This document shows, one piece after another, positions 1-13,866 of a stretch of DNA of 64,000 nucleotides. The stretch spans positions 5,084,001-5,148,000 of the forward strand of contig OU015568.1 in assembly GCA_907165135.1 (NCBI GenBank), in the 5' to 3' direction. A model generated the notes under the pieces. It saw only the letters and a program-made list of their open reading frames with translations, ran no database searches and was not told the origin of the DNA. Within the stretch, counting starts at the first letter, position 1; each line of letters starts with the position of its first letter. This DNA comes from Oikopleura dioica. Its lineage: Eukaryota > Animalia > Chordata. A program made the position numbers and the translations under genes.

Positions 1-879
1 AGCTCAAAGCCAGTTGGCATTCCCATAGTCGGAGTATAGCACAGCATTCCACTTTGCTCTAGAAATTTATTTGATGAAAAATAGGAAGAATTATCGAGCC
101 CCTTTCATCCCTTTTTTTGCTCTAGAAAGAAATCTTACCTAGGTAAAGAGCATCAGTTTTGAGCTCTGAAATCTCCATGATTGTTTTCTTCTTTGTCTTC
201 TTTTCAAGCTCTCAGAAACTGTAAAATGCGAATACAGTTAGCCGCAGGATAATTTGAAAGTGATCGGATGCAATGACCGCCGGCGCGTTTTCAAGGAGTT
301 TTTCCGTAATCGATTGACACTGATTGAAAAGAATTAGTCGACTCTCATTACTGTTACGAAGCTCTCTTCATCAATCACTTCTGTTTTCTCGCTAACTGTA
401 TGTTCAAACAGAATCTTACCTCGAAAAAGTAAAAAAGGGTGGTTGATTGCAAATTGCTCAGCAGATCGAAATTTTTCAGGTGAAATTTTTAGGGTGCGAA
501 AAAAATGGCTTTTTCGCGGGATCAACGCGGTACTGAGGCGGATTAGACAGTAATCAGCTCATTTTTTTAATAGCTCAGCGGCATCTTCTTCACCACCCGA
601 TCCGGTACTGCTGAGAAATACCGCAATTCCGAATCGCGAGCGCGCTACTAATTTATGAGGCTGCTCATCATCAGAATCGAACGATATTAAAATTATACAT
701 TTTCGGGCGATCATTTTTTATGGAGTAGGATGTGTCCTGGGCGGGTCGGCGGATGATTCTGAAAAATCTGAATTGAGTCTCTTCAGAACTTCTTTAACGA
801 AAGTGAGAAAGAAGCAGAAATCCTGTTTTTAAAAGATGGTTGATGCGACTGAGGTAGGAAGAAAGATCGAAAAAAGAGA

Positions 880-3187
<2,308 letters not shown>

Positions 3188-4962
3188 ATCCTATCCTATC
3201 CGATCTTGTGCTAGAATCATTTATCCATGAAGAAATTCCACACTTGTTTCCAATAAAAAACAAAGCTAGAGGCTTATCGATCAAGGTTCGAAAATTTCAA
3301 GTGCTGTTCAAAAATTTAAAAGTTCCAGATTTTCAAATTGAAATTCCTAAGTTTTGTTTGACAAACTTGCGTAAGAGCACTTCTTCTTTGAACCTCCTTC
3401 AATTCCTGCAAGAGAGAACAAGAAAGAGTGATTTATAATTTCATTCAACAAAATTTGTCTGTTTATTCAAGCAAAAATAATCGACAGTTTGACCCCTTCG
3501 CGTCCCGACCATTTTCGACTATCTCCTTTTGGTTCCAAACATTTTCCTCAAAGGGGAAACATTGAAAGTTAAAATATACAAAACATAAAATAACGGCCTG
3601 TTTTTTACGCGACACCGGGGCCAGGTTATTTACTCAATACGACTACTGTAAGAAAAGAGAGCCGTAAAGGAGGGGTGCTAAACTCAGTGGCCGGCTTTTA
3701 TACTAATCCTCTCGCACACAGAGTGAACAAGAAAAACGCGAAAAAATCACTCTCTGTCAAACTTTAAAAGCCTCTTTGCCCCGGGGCGCGTACCAAACTT
3801 GACGCACCCCGAGGGCTGAAAAAAGGCTTACTCGAAAAAGGTAGTAAAGTATCCGTTAGTTATGTCCGCATCAGATTTAAGGGTACCCCAGCCGCAGACT
3901 TAGGGCGCCCTTGAAACCCCTGTGCATTCACGCTAGGCCCCAAGAGATCGAAAGATAGGGTCGCATGGCGAACAATTGTGTCCCACGTAACAGTTTGGTC
4001 ACTTCTCAAACCGGGACGGTGAAAATCAAGAACACCCGGTTTCGAAAAACGGGCGCCGCACGAGCTCCACGCCAGCCGGTCCTGACTCCCTGGCGAACTT
4101 GAGGTCCTATTTTGCTCAGGCGAGTGAGGAAATTATGTTGGCGGCGTTGCATTGGCGGTGAATCTCGATGGAGAGGATGTAAGGCAGCCGACTGGCACCG
4201 AGTACTAGCGGGTAAGAGAGAGATCCGAGGACCATGGCGGGTGAGATATGTGGCTTAGTTCAGCTATGACACCGGCCAGGGGACACCAAAAGAAAAGTTG
4301 ATGGAGTTTGAAAAGCACGAGTTGAAAAATAGTCCTAGAACTCAATTGAGGGAAAAATAACGCTGGCGGAATGGGTTTTTCATCGAGAAAATTTCTCGCC
4401 GCGTGTCAATTCCATTTTTATGGACTGACTATGGGCCAATTGGAAATAGCAAAGCTGGTGAGGGGGCTTGGGAGTCCTGTCGAATTGAAAATAGTATTGG
4501 TGACGAGTACAGAAGATCGGGCAGCTGGCCTCAACATTGGCGAAATTGTGGGCGGCCAGTGCTCTCTACTGTTGATAGTTGTAAGCGTTTTTTTGTAAGC
4601 GACGATGATGTTTTTTGGAATTTTCAGTTTTCGGGAGAGCGAAGTCATGAGCTCAATCATCATCAGTTTTTTTTTCTCAGCATCGTGGAGGTATTTACAA
4701 AGAGCATTCGTCGAATTTACCTAAAAGTGTTAAGATACTTAACCGAAGATAAAATTCGCTGGAAACTAGAACTTCTGGATCAATTTTGGCCACAGGGAAC
4801 GTCAGTTTTGCTCGGCTGAGGGTCACGTGGGGTCAATTTGAAAGGTTCGTTATGTTCATCATCATGTTTGTAGCTTTTGTGTCATCGACAGGTTAGTGAG
4901 TTGAAGCGGAAATGAATTGAAGGCCGTATTTACAAAAAGGAGGTTGTTGAGGTCGGGTCTCC

Positions 4963-6592
4963 TTAAAATTCCATTGGTTCAAGACCTCTGCAAGTGCCAG
5001 GGCAAGTAGCAGCCACTTCTTCTTCGTGGCAGAAGTCGACAAGTCCGGCACAGGCAGCGTTTTGGTCGCAGAAACCGCAAGTTTTTCGGCAAGATTCCAT
5101 GATTGGCTAGAGATTCAAAATTATTATCTTTTCGAAATTGATTGTTTGTACCTTGAAAACGCTGAAGAGCGCATCCTCGGGAGTCATCGAGCAGAATCGG
5201 TACTGATTCTGGGAGAACTCCTCGCAGTTGATCATAAAATCTTTGCAAGTTGAATTCTCTTCTGCTGGAATTGGGACTGGGCCTTCGCCGCTTGGGTACT
5301 CGGTGACGATTTCAGTGATTTCCTCTGGTGTCGTCGTTGTCATTGGCTCGGTGGTGGTTGTTGTGCTGGTAGTGGAGGTTGGTTCGATGATTTTTGGAGC
5401 TTCAATAGCTTCTTCTCTGAAATTATTGTTTAGAAAAAATTCTAGAGGAACTTGTCTTACTCGATGTTCTCCCAGGGAGCACCGTTTCCACTAGCTTCTG
5501 GCTCTTCAGTAGTAGTGGTGGTAGTAGTAGTGGTCGTGGTAGTAGTGGTGGTTGTTGTTGGTGCCATGGTTGGTGGCATAGTAGGCATAGTGTACTCAAC
5601 TGAAGCACAGGCTCCGCAGGACTTTTGACAGACGTTCAGGATGATTCTGTTTGAGCACTGGTCTCGGAACTTTTGACAATTATTGTATTTATCCTTGCAC
5701 TCAGCAACAGCAGCGACGGGAAAAGCTGGTTTCTCAACGGGGGTCTGAACAACTGGAATTTGTTGGAAAACTGGAGCTTCTTCGACTGGTCGAGGGAAAG
5801 CTGGACGATCGAAGGGAGTGAGGTATGCTTGCTTTGCTGGAAGAACAGGAGCGGGAGGAGCGACTTGTTGGACTTGAACGGGTTGCTGAATTTGAACCTG
5901 GGTGCCGCAAAGGCCGCAAGTTCCAGGGCAAAGGTTTTGGATAGAAGCGTTGTTACAGACTGATTTCCAAGCAGAGCAGCTGGAGAATTTATCAGCGCAA
6001 GAGGTCTGTTGAACTGGAGCCTGGTAGACTGGGACCTGGTAGATTGGCTGGAAAACTGGCTGAACTGGAGCGAGCTGAACTGGCTGGATCTGCTGAACTG
6101 GTCGCGGGAAGAAGTTGTATGCGGGCTTTCTGAAGACTGCTGAGTTCATGACTTGTTGAACTGGATCGACAAAGACTGGTGCAGCTGGAGCTTCTTCAAC
6201 TGGTTCTTGAGCGACTGGTTCTGGTGCAACTTGAACGACTGGAGCAGCTGGGGCTGGGTACTGTTGAGAGACTGAAGACACGCCGCCGCATTTGCCACAA
6301 GTCTTGGCGCAAATTTTATCGATCGATTTGACACCACAGGCGTGTTTCCACGAGCTACAACGGAGGAAATCATCTTGACACAAAGGATCTTCGACAGAGA
6401 CGATCTGAGCGGGCATGGGCTTAGATTGTGTCTGTGTGGATGGTGTGAACATTGAGAACGGATTCCAGAAAGCTTCCACTTCTAGAATTTTTGAATTAGC
6501 GCGGTTTTGCGTGGAGGGCGCTAGAGAAAAGCGGACGGTTACTTACGGTTTTGCGCGGTGAGCGCGGCGAGGAGGGATGCTTGGATCTTCAT
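4963..6592 (-). CDS. Secreted Pro/Gln/Thr-rich protein with 4-5 ShK toxin-like (ShKT) domains
   Basis: Signal-peptide exon MKIQASLLAALTAQN (ATG at 6592, gtaagt donor). ShKT-type 6-Cys units: CQDDFLRCSSWKHACGVKSIDKICAKTCGKC, CADKFSSC..CPGTCGLC, CKDKYNNC..CQKSCGAC, CKDFMINC..SCRKTCGFC, plus a partial fifth. Stop at 4963. Confidence 0.85.
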
Positions 6593-9459
6593 GATGTTTT
6601 TGTGATGTGATTGATTAGAATTGACTTTTTTGGGATAAGCAACTGTTGACTATAAAAATGATTTCCTTGTTGTTTTCAAAGGGCTTTAAATTTCGTGATA
6701 ATGATAGAAGAGTACCCAAAATGATGATGAAAATGAGCGGAAAACAGCAACTTTTTATTGCGAAAGGAATTTCCAGGTCCTCAATAAATTGTTATCTAGA
6801 CTTAGATTTCGATTCTAGTTCGTAAAGTTTTTATGCTTTCCACTAAGCTTTTTGATCAAAATTTTGAGCTACTCCTTGTTAATTTCAAAATCGAAAATTT
6901 GGTTAAAAATTTATGAAGTAAAGAATTCTCTTGAAAGATTTTTTTCTCTGAGCGCTTTCCCACACTTGACTTAGAAACAAAAAGGGATATACGGGGTGTT
7001 GAAAGTGGTTGATAAGGAACACGAAATTGTTCGACGTAATTTCAGTCTTTTCGTGCCTTTTCGAACACACGGATTTCGCCAACTGATGAGGTCCCTTGGT
7101 TGAACGATCAGCGATCGATTGAACGGCCTAGGTGACGCTAGTGAGCGGCGGCGCGCGCGGGTGAGCGAGTATTCACGATTTCTTGCTCTCGAGTGTGGTA
7201 CAATTTAGACCCAGTTTCTCACAGTGCTCATTACATAAGTAAAAGTCTTAACAATCTTGCGCAAGGTGCCCACTCAGATTTGCGAGTTCAGCCGAAACAA
7301 ACAAATTGCAATCAGCTTTTGTCGTTCTCGGCGTTTTTACTTCTCGCAAAGGATTGTTAGATCACACTAAGGTATTTACATGAACAGATAAAAGTATCGA
7401 AATTAACCGAAAAACAAATTGAAATTGGTAGAGAAAAATTAAACAACAATTAGCAATTTCACACTGCTCTCTCAACATAAAATATCCTGATGAAGTTTAT
7501 CCAATAAACGAAAACGTTCGATACAAAATCATATGATCTATTAACGAAGTCAACCCGAAAAGATATAAACAACAATTATTCAAACAAAACGCATAAATAT
7601 TGATGCCGAATCATAAGAAATTATTCATGTCAAGAATAAATACATTCTGAATGTTCTTTCTTTTCATATTCAATGCCCTTGTTAGTTTTAAGAAAAGAAA
7701 ATATCCTTCAGATTTCATTTTTGATGAAACAATTTAAAGGTAGGGATAATCCCTACCTAAATAATTTATTTGATAAATTTCTAGATCATTTTTAAGAAAT
7801 AACGAAAACCATTATACTCAATAAAATGATAATCCATTTGTAATTAAAAAAATTCACCAGACGAGATTTATAAGCGTAACATCTTAGTGTCTACGTCGAC
7901 TTTGGTACCAGTTTTATTTAAAGATTTATCTTACAAAAAATAGCAGAAACATAACTTTTGTTACATAAGGCATTTCTTGATTTTGGTCTATCCGATCTAC
8001 CCAAGGAATCTGCCAATTATCCTCATCCTTTTGATCCCTGTGGCAAATTCTGGCGTCTATTTAAATAGGTTAAAACCTCATCCTTGTTCCTAACTTCAGC
8101 TTTCTATCAGCTCAATGAGCAAATCTCGGTCCCAATTAGCTAATGTTCTCAATTTCCTTTTGTTATGGCTGGTGTTCCCTTAATAGCTTTAATCTTCACG
8201 GCGCGTTTTCGAACCGCGCGGTCGGTCGGCCCCGCGCTCCGGTAGTCTAGTATCTGCCCGAGCTGCTAAAATTTCTGGAATCGACGTCGCCCCCCAGAAT
8301 CGCACTTTTAGCGGAGCACCGCACCTTTGGCGGTGTAGTAGCACCGCGCCCAAGATTACCCAACACCGGATCGCAGCGCTCTAACGTGAGCAAAGCTAAC
8401 AAGCCGAGCTAAGAACCGCATTTGATTTAATTTAACGCCAGAAAACGCTTGTAGTTACAAAGTTAAAAATTACTTAGAAAAAAAATTTAAAAACTATAAT
8501 AAAAATTTTGAAATTTTATTTTCTCTTTTCTTCGAATTTTTATCTCTTTATTAAAATTTTAATATAAGAAATCATGATTTTTTCTGATTACTGTCAAACA
8601 TAAAGAATTAAGGGTCCTACCTTCTGTTTTTGGAAGTCAGAAAATTCCGAGTTTTCTTTTAGCCTCTCTCTTCTCAAAAATACGGCAAGATTTGTGGCCA
8701 CAAAAATTCTACACCCTGGTCAATGTGATCGTGTCACAACCCGTTATTTTGCCTGATTTTACCTACGTTTCCGTCAACAGGAGTCACTTTAGTAACTAGT
8801 TTATAACTTTAGTAAGTTATAAAGGTTGTTGCTTATCCTTTCTCTGATTTTTTGCAAGTAAGGAACTTCGGGCCGCGTTTTTCTGCTGAGGGGGCTCAGC
8901 ATTGGATCTTGGCCAAAAGCCTTCCGGATAGATGGGTTCTTATTCAGCGTTTTCGATCATTACAGTATTTTTTCAGGAAAAACACGAGCGACAAAATATC
9001 CAATTACGCGAACGAAAGATATCCGTATTCAAAAATTGCTCCGCCACTTAGAGATAAATGCCCCTTCTTTGAAAAAGCAACAGCAACTGATTCCTGGTAT
9101 TCAAGCGCCTCTGGGAAGGTAAGCCCTGAAGACTTGAGCTTGAGATAGTCATTTCATAATTCGTTTGAAGATGATACGGTTCTAGATAAATGATTAGGAG
9201 ATTGAGTCCGGATGAATTTGCCGCGCTAGAATAAGTGGACAAAAAACGCTTTCAATGTTCATTTTTACGATGAAAATTGCTGAAAATTGAAGGTTTTGAA
9301 ATCAACTTGAATGTAAATTGTACAAAATCACCCTTTCACGGCGTCGCCATTTTCAAGGTAACCTTATCAAGCCACCCTACCATGACTGATATGATAATGT
9401 ACAAGACTTGCGGTGATATCACCGAACTTTTAAGAAACATAACACGCCTTTACATAATT

Positions 9460-10843
9460 TATTCAAATCCATCACTACGCAGGAGAAGAAGATGACATCG
9501 AAATATTTTCAAGTTCTTGATTTTCCAACCCTTCGATTTCTGATGAATCATCCCCGACGCAACTAGAAAAATGCACATTTCAATGAGCAAAAAAATCTTT
9601 ACCAATGATATCGTTGAAATTCCCGCTGCCAAGGGGGACTGCTGAGAGTTCTGCCGCCTGTTGTGATTTGATTTTTGAGAATGAAATTTGGGCATTTGAT
9701 GTCGCAGCATAATACTAACAGGATCAGTTCGATGGAAGTGATGGTGATCATCAAGATGTTGATGTATTTGTGGAGTTGCTTGAAGAGATTTCTTTCTGTA
9801 GGCCGGGAGATCCAACATCGCATGGTGTCTGTCTTGCATTCTTCAGTTTTACAATCATAATCTTAACATATATTACAATTATGGGTCTCAGTTCATGGGT
9901 ACAATTTTTAATATCAATGTGATTTTATTATCGATATGAAAAATAGGCGAAAGTTCATATTCGCATCAACAAAAATGCAAATTATGACGTTTTTAGAAAA
10001 CTTACAGTCAGAATATTTCCAAGCAAAAATCTTCAAAAACACCAAATGGAAAGCGATCTCCAGAAGGAGCCTTAGAAAAACCAAGGCTATATAAATCTTC
10101 GTCTGAAAAATCGATCTTTCAGCACCAGAAGTCGGGTACTTGAACCACGATTTTTTCTCCTCAACATCCTCCCATTCCACCGGTTCTATTTTGAATCAAA
10201 TTTCAGGCTTTGTTTTTTGCTTTACCTTTCGATCGAAACCATTCTTGCTTTCGTAAAAATCGCTGCTTGTCCTTCTTCTTCTTCGAAACCCACAAGCTGA
10301 TATGCAAATTGATAGTGACAAAAACGATAAAAGGAAGACACGTCATGACAATTTGGACAAAACAAAAACGATGGAACGAAAATGGCTCGTACTTATTGAA
10401 GCAAACATTTTCGCATCCGATTTGGTACTTATTTGAGCAAGTGAAATATCTTTTTCGAGTTTTTTTAATCATGAAGTTCAAATTTTAACTGAATTCCGGA
10501 AAAATCTATGCAAAAGCGAGTTAACTTCGAAGCTGGTTTAAATTTTAAAATTCCAGCCACTCTATTGTGAATCTTCTTTATGATTTTTGAAAAAAGGACT
10601 CTTTCCTTCTTTCATCCGAAAACACCGAATTTCCGATATAAAAAACACCAACATAGCGAAGCAAAATCGTAAATAAAATCTCAACATGGATCTTTGACAT
10701 TTGAGAAATTCGAGATTTTTGACACTTGGTTTGGTGCAGCAAGGATTATGAAATCAAAGACCCAAACATGCCCAAAGCTTGCCAGGAAAGGTGACAGTTT
10801 TCTCGATACGCTTCAGATCTCTGGTGACGACAGTTATGCTCAT
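9460..10843 (-). CDS. Divergent connexin (gap junction protein); 3' end uncertain
   Basis: N-terminus MSITVVTRDLKRIEKTVTFPGKLW|ILFTILLR..VFSDE; E1 YFTCSNKYQIGCENVCFNKYEPFSFHRF..QIV; TM3 IYIALVFLRLLLEIAF; E2 DCKTEECKTDTMRCWISRPTERNLF. The model includes a GC-donor intron. Confidence 0.85.
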
Positions 10844-11372
10844 ATTTATAAAGATACTGTCTCGGGCTTGACAACTTTGAGAACACACAAGCCTTATCAA
10901 TTATTTATTGGTTCTTTATATTCACGAGTTGTTCAAAGAAATTTCTGCTTTTCTTTTGTTTTCCCCCGTGAAAACAGTATTCCCTACCCTAAGTTCTAAG
11001 TAAAATCGCCCAAAACAAACCTCGCCTAATCCCCAATTTACGTCAATCCTGGAGAAACGAGAGGTCGGCTGAATGTTTTTATTGAAGCTAAAGAACAAGA
11101 CTCGTCTGATCTAATCCCGCTCGCATAACCAAAGCTGATCAAATAAACATTACGCAAAACGAATTTTCCGACGGCGGATTCTCAACCAAACTTATTGAAC
11201 GTGAAAACCGCAAAGCAAAAGTTCTTGGCAAAGAGCTTCTGAAGACAATCGCTTCTTCTGACATTTCAAGACCGGCTCAATTCAATTTTTTTTTATTCTA
11301 GCGCTTTTTTCTTTCTAGATGGAGTTGTATAGTTGTTTGGGTGGAGAAGAAATGCATCAGAATAAAACAAAA

Positions 11373-13361
11373 ATGAAGAGATTTGTGCTTACGGGCCTTT
11401 TATTGTTACAAGCAGTTTCAGGGACAAAATTTTTGTTTGTTTCCGAATGCGAAGCTTTTGAACGGAAACTTTGGTACAATGTCGTTGCGCCTCCATGGGG
11501 TGACTGTAAGAAAGTAAGTGCTTTCTTTGTTTCTAGGGTTTTGGTTAGGGCCCCTACCTGAATGGGGACTCCTTGGGTCTTGGGGGGATCGGGGATCCTC
11601 TTAGCCAATCAGAGGCCGGTATTTCGTTTACCAGCCAATCACAAGTGAGCCTTGAGTTAACCCCCTTGAGTCAAGGACCGCCCCCCATATCCAAAGTTAA
11701 ACCTTTTGATCAATTCTAACTCTTATTCTAGCGAGATCTATCCAACGAGCCGCTAAAACCAAGCATGTTCAAAGAAGGAAGGTGCGATTGCCAGAATGGT
11801 GGTCAATGCCGAATGCTGCCCAATTTCATCGACCGAAGAAAAGAAAAAAGAATGAATGGTCGATACGTTTTTTCATTCTGCGTTTGTAAAAAGCACTGGG
11901 GAGGGGACAACTGCGAGAAGCAAATCAGGCATTATAGCGAGCGAGAACTTCCCGATGACGTGAAAAAAGCGAGAGCGGCGAAGCAGTTTCCTAACAAAAT
12001 TCGCCATCTTCTCGCGACCCACTGCCAAGCATATCAGTATCAGCTGCAGAAGGGAATCAAAGCACCAACCTGGGGCAATTGCAAAGAGGTGCGAAATAGT
12101 TTTATTGAAATCGAGTGATTTTTAAAGTGAAAGTTTAGAATGATCTCTCAAAGGCACCGATAAAAGTGGAGGAATTCAAAAAGGGCGACTGCCGGGATCT
12201 CAAATACTGTAGCAAAAATGGCCAGTGCGCATCTGTTCCGAATTGGTTCGACAAGGAACGAGCTTTGGATCAAAAAACTGTCTTCGTGTTTTGCAAGTGC
12301 GATCATGGATTTGGAGGCGATGATTGCTCGAAAAAGATGACGAATACTTATTCAGAAAAGTATGATTTTCGCAGTCTTTTTTTGCAATTTATTATTTTAG
12401 GAGAGTTCGGGAGACAGAATACTACATCCTCAATCAATGCCAAGCTCATCATTACCCTCTCCAGTTTTTCAAAGATCATCGACCTTCTGGCTGCCCACCG
12501 GTAAACCAAAAATCAATAAGATTTCTCGTCAAATCTCTTCATTTTTTCAGTTCGATCCTTCGAAACCGGCAAATGACAAGAGGTTCTTCCGAAGAGGCGC
12601 TTGTTACAATATTCCAAAATGCTCGCAAAATGGAAAATGCTTCATGGAGGCGATCAGGGAGGAAGGAATCACTCAGCCGACAATGGTCTTCAGCATCTGC
12701 AAATGCAATGATGGTTGGTATGGAACCGAGTGCGAGAATTCCTTCGATGAGGTGAGAAGAAATATTTTCATCAAAAGTCAATAAAAATTTTAACAAGAAA
12801 CAAGCGTCAAAGAGAAACACTGTACCACCAACAACACCGCCTACTGAAAAGGAAACCAAACCACGAGACCAGACCACGGCCCCTACAGTCAAAAAAACTA
12901 CACCCAAGACTTACATGCGTCCCAGGTCAAGTCGAAAACGACCTTACTTCGCATCGCCAAAAAGAAGGCCGTCGATGTCTGGATCCAACAATAAGCCCTT
13001 TTCCTCTTCCAGAAGACAGTCATCTTCACCAAGACAAGGAAACAATGCACAACCAACAGAAGCTCCAACTAAAAAACAGGCCAAACCAAAAGACCAATCG
13101 ACGGCCCCAACAGTGAGGAGAGGTACACCCAAGACCCAGTACTCAAATCCAAGGTTGATCCGTAAACGACCTTACTTTGCATCGCCCAAAAGAAGACCTC
13201 AGATGTCTGGATCCAACAATAAGCCCTCTTCCTCCGGAGGACAGTCTTATTCACGAAGAAACAAAGCACCTAAGGGGCTGCATAAACGTGTCATTTATAG
13301 AGACGGGAAAATTGTCGGTGAGCATTTTGCAAAAGAAAAATTGGGATCATCTCCCGCGTAA
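11373..13361 (+). CDS. Secreted protein with three tandem 8-Cys EGF-like modules and a basic repeated C-terminal tail
   Basis: Signal peptide MKRFVLTGLLLLQAVSG; three modules ending in C..NG.C..VFxxCxC..G.GGxxC; GT-AG introns keep the frame; the tail holds two copies of RKRPYFASPKRRPxMSGSNNKP. Confidence 0.75.
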
Positions 13362-13768
13362 AAACGAGTCTGAAAAATGCACTTTCATTTATTATCTGCC
13401 ACACTTCATTATAATCTTCGTTTTCCAATAAAATATAAAAAATCATGAAAAAATATGCCAAAATTCTTCTCACGTGACTTTTTGGAGCGCTCCCGTTTTC
13501 ACCCGTAAGCCTCTTAGACTTTGCATACGAAAAAAGCTCAGCTTGGGAAAAATAAAGAAGCTTAGACAAAGTGGTGTTTAGACGCTGTGGTTCCGGTGTT
13601 GTACTTGAGAAGAACCGGTCGGTATTTGGTAAATATTTCATAATAATGCGGCCCAGAAGTGGACATAATTCCGAGGGCAGCAGGGGGGACTTATGAAGAA
13701 TTCAAGAGAAAACATATTTTCTGGGTCAATGATTTTTTCGCCGGCATAAAAATATTTGATAAGGAGTC

Positions 13769-13825
13769 TCTAGAACGCTGACTACAAAAGTTTTTATGGG
13801 GGTTAAAGGATTTTGGTATTCAGTT
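13769..13825 (+). promoter_or_regulatory. TCTAGA ... TCAGTT upstream block conserved in all three protease paralogs (also 16266-16322 and 20338-20385)
   Basis: TCTAGA ends 92-97 nt upstream of each ATG, and TCAGTT follows 42-51 nt after TCTAGA in all three copies. Confidence 0.5.
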
Positions 13826-13866
13826 TCGATGGAGCCTCCTTGAGGGAGTTAGGAAAAGAGGGAAAG

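Noticed and set aside
3500-4300. GC-richer intergenic block, possibly a degenerate retroelement or ncRNA
   Set aside because: No TIR, LTR, TSD, long ORF or recognisable RNA motif was found.
7980-8400. GC-rich minus-strand segment with broken reading frames (Gag-like impression)
   Set aside because: Multiple stops and no diagnostic motif.
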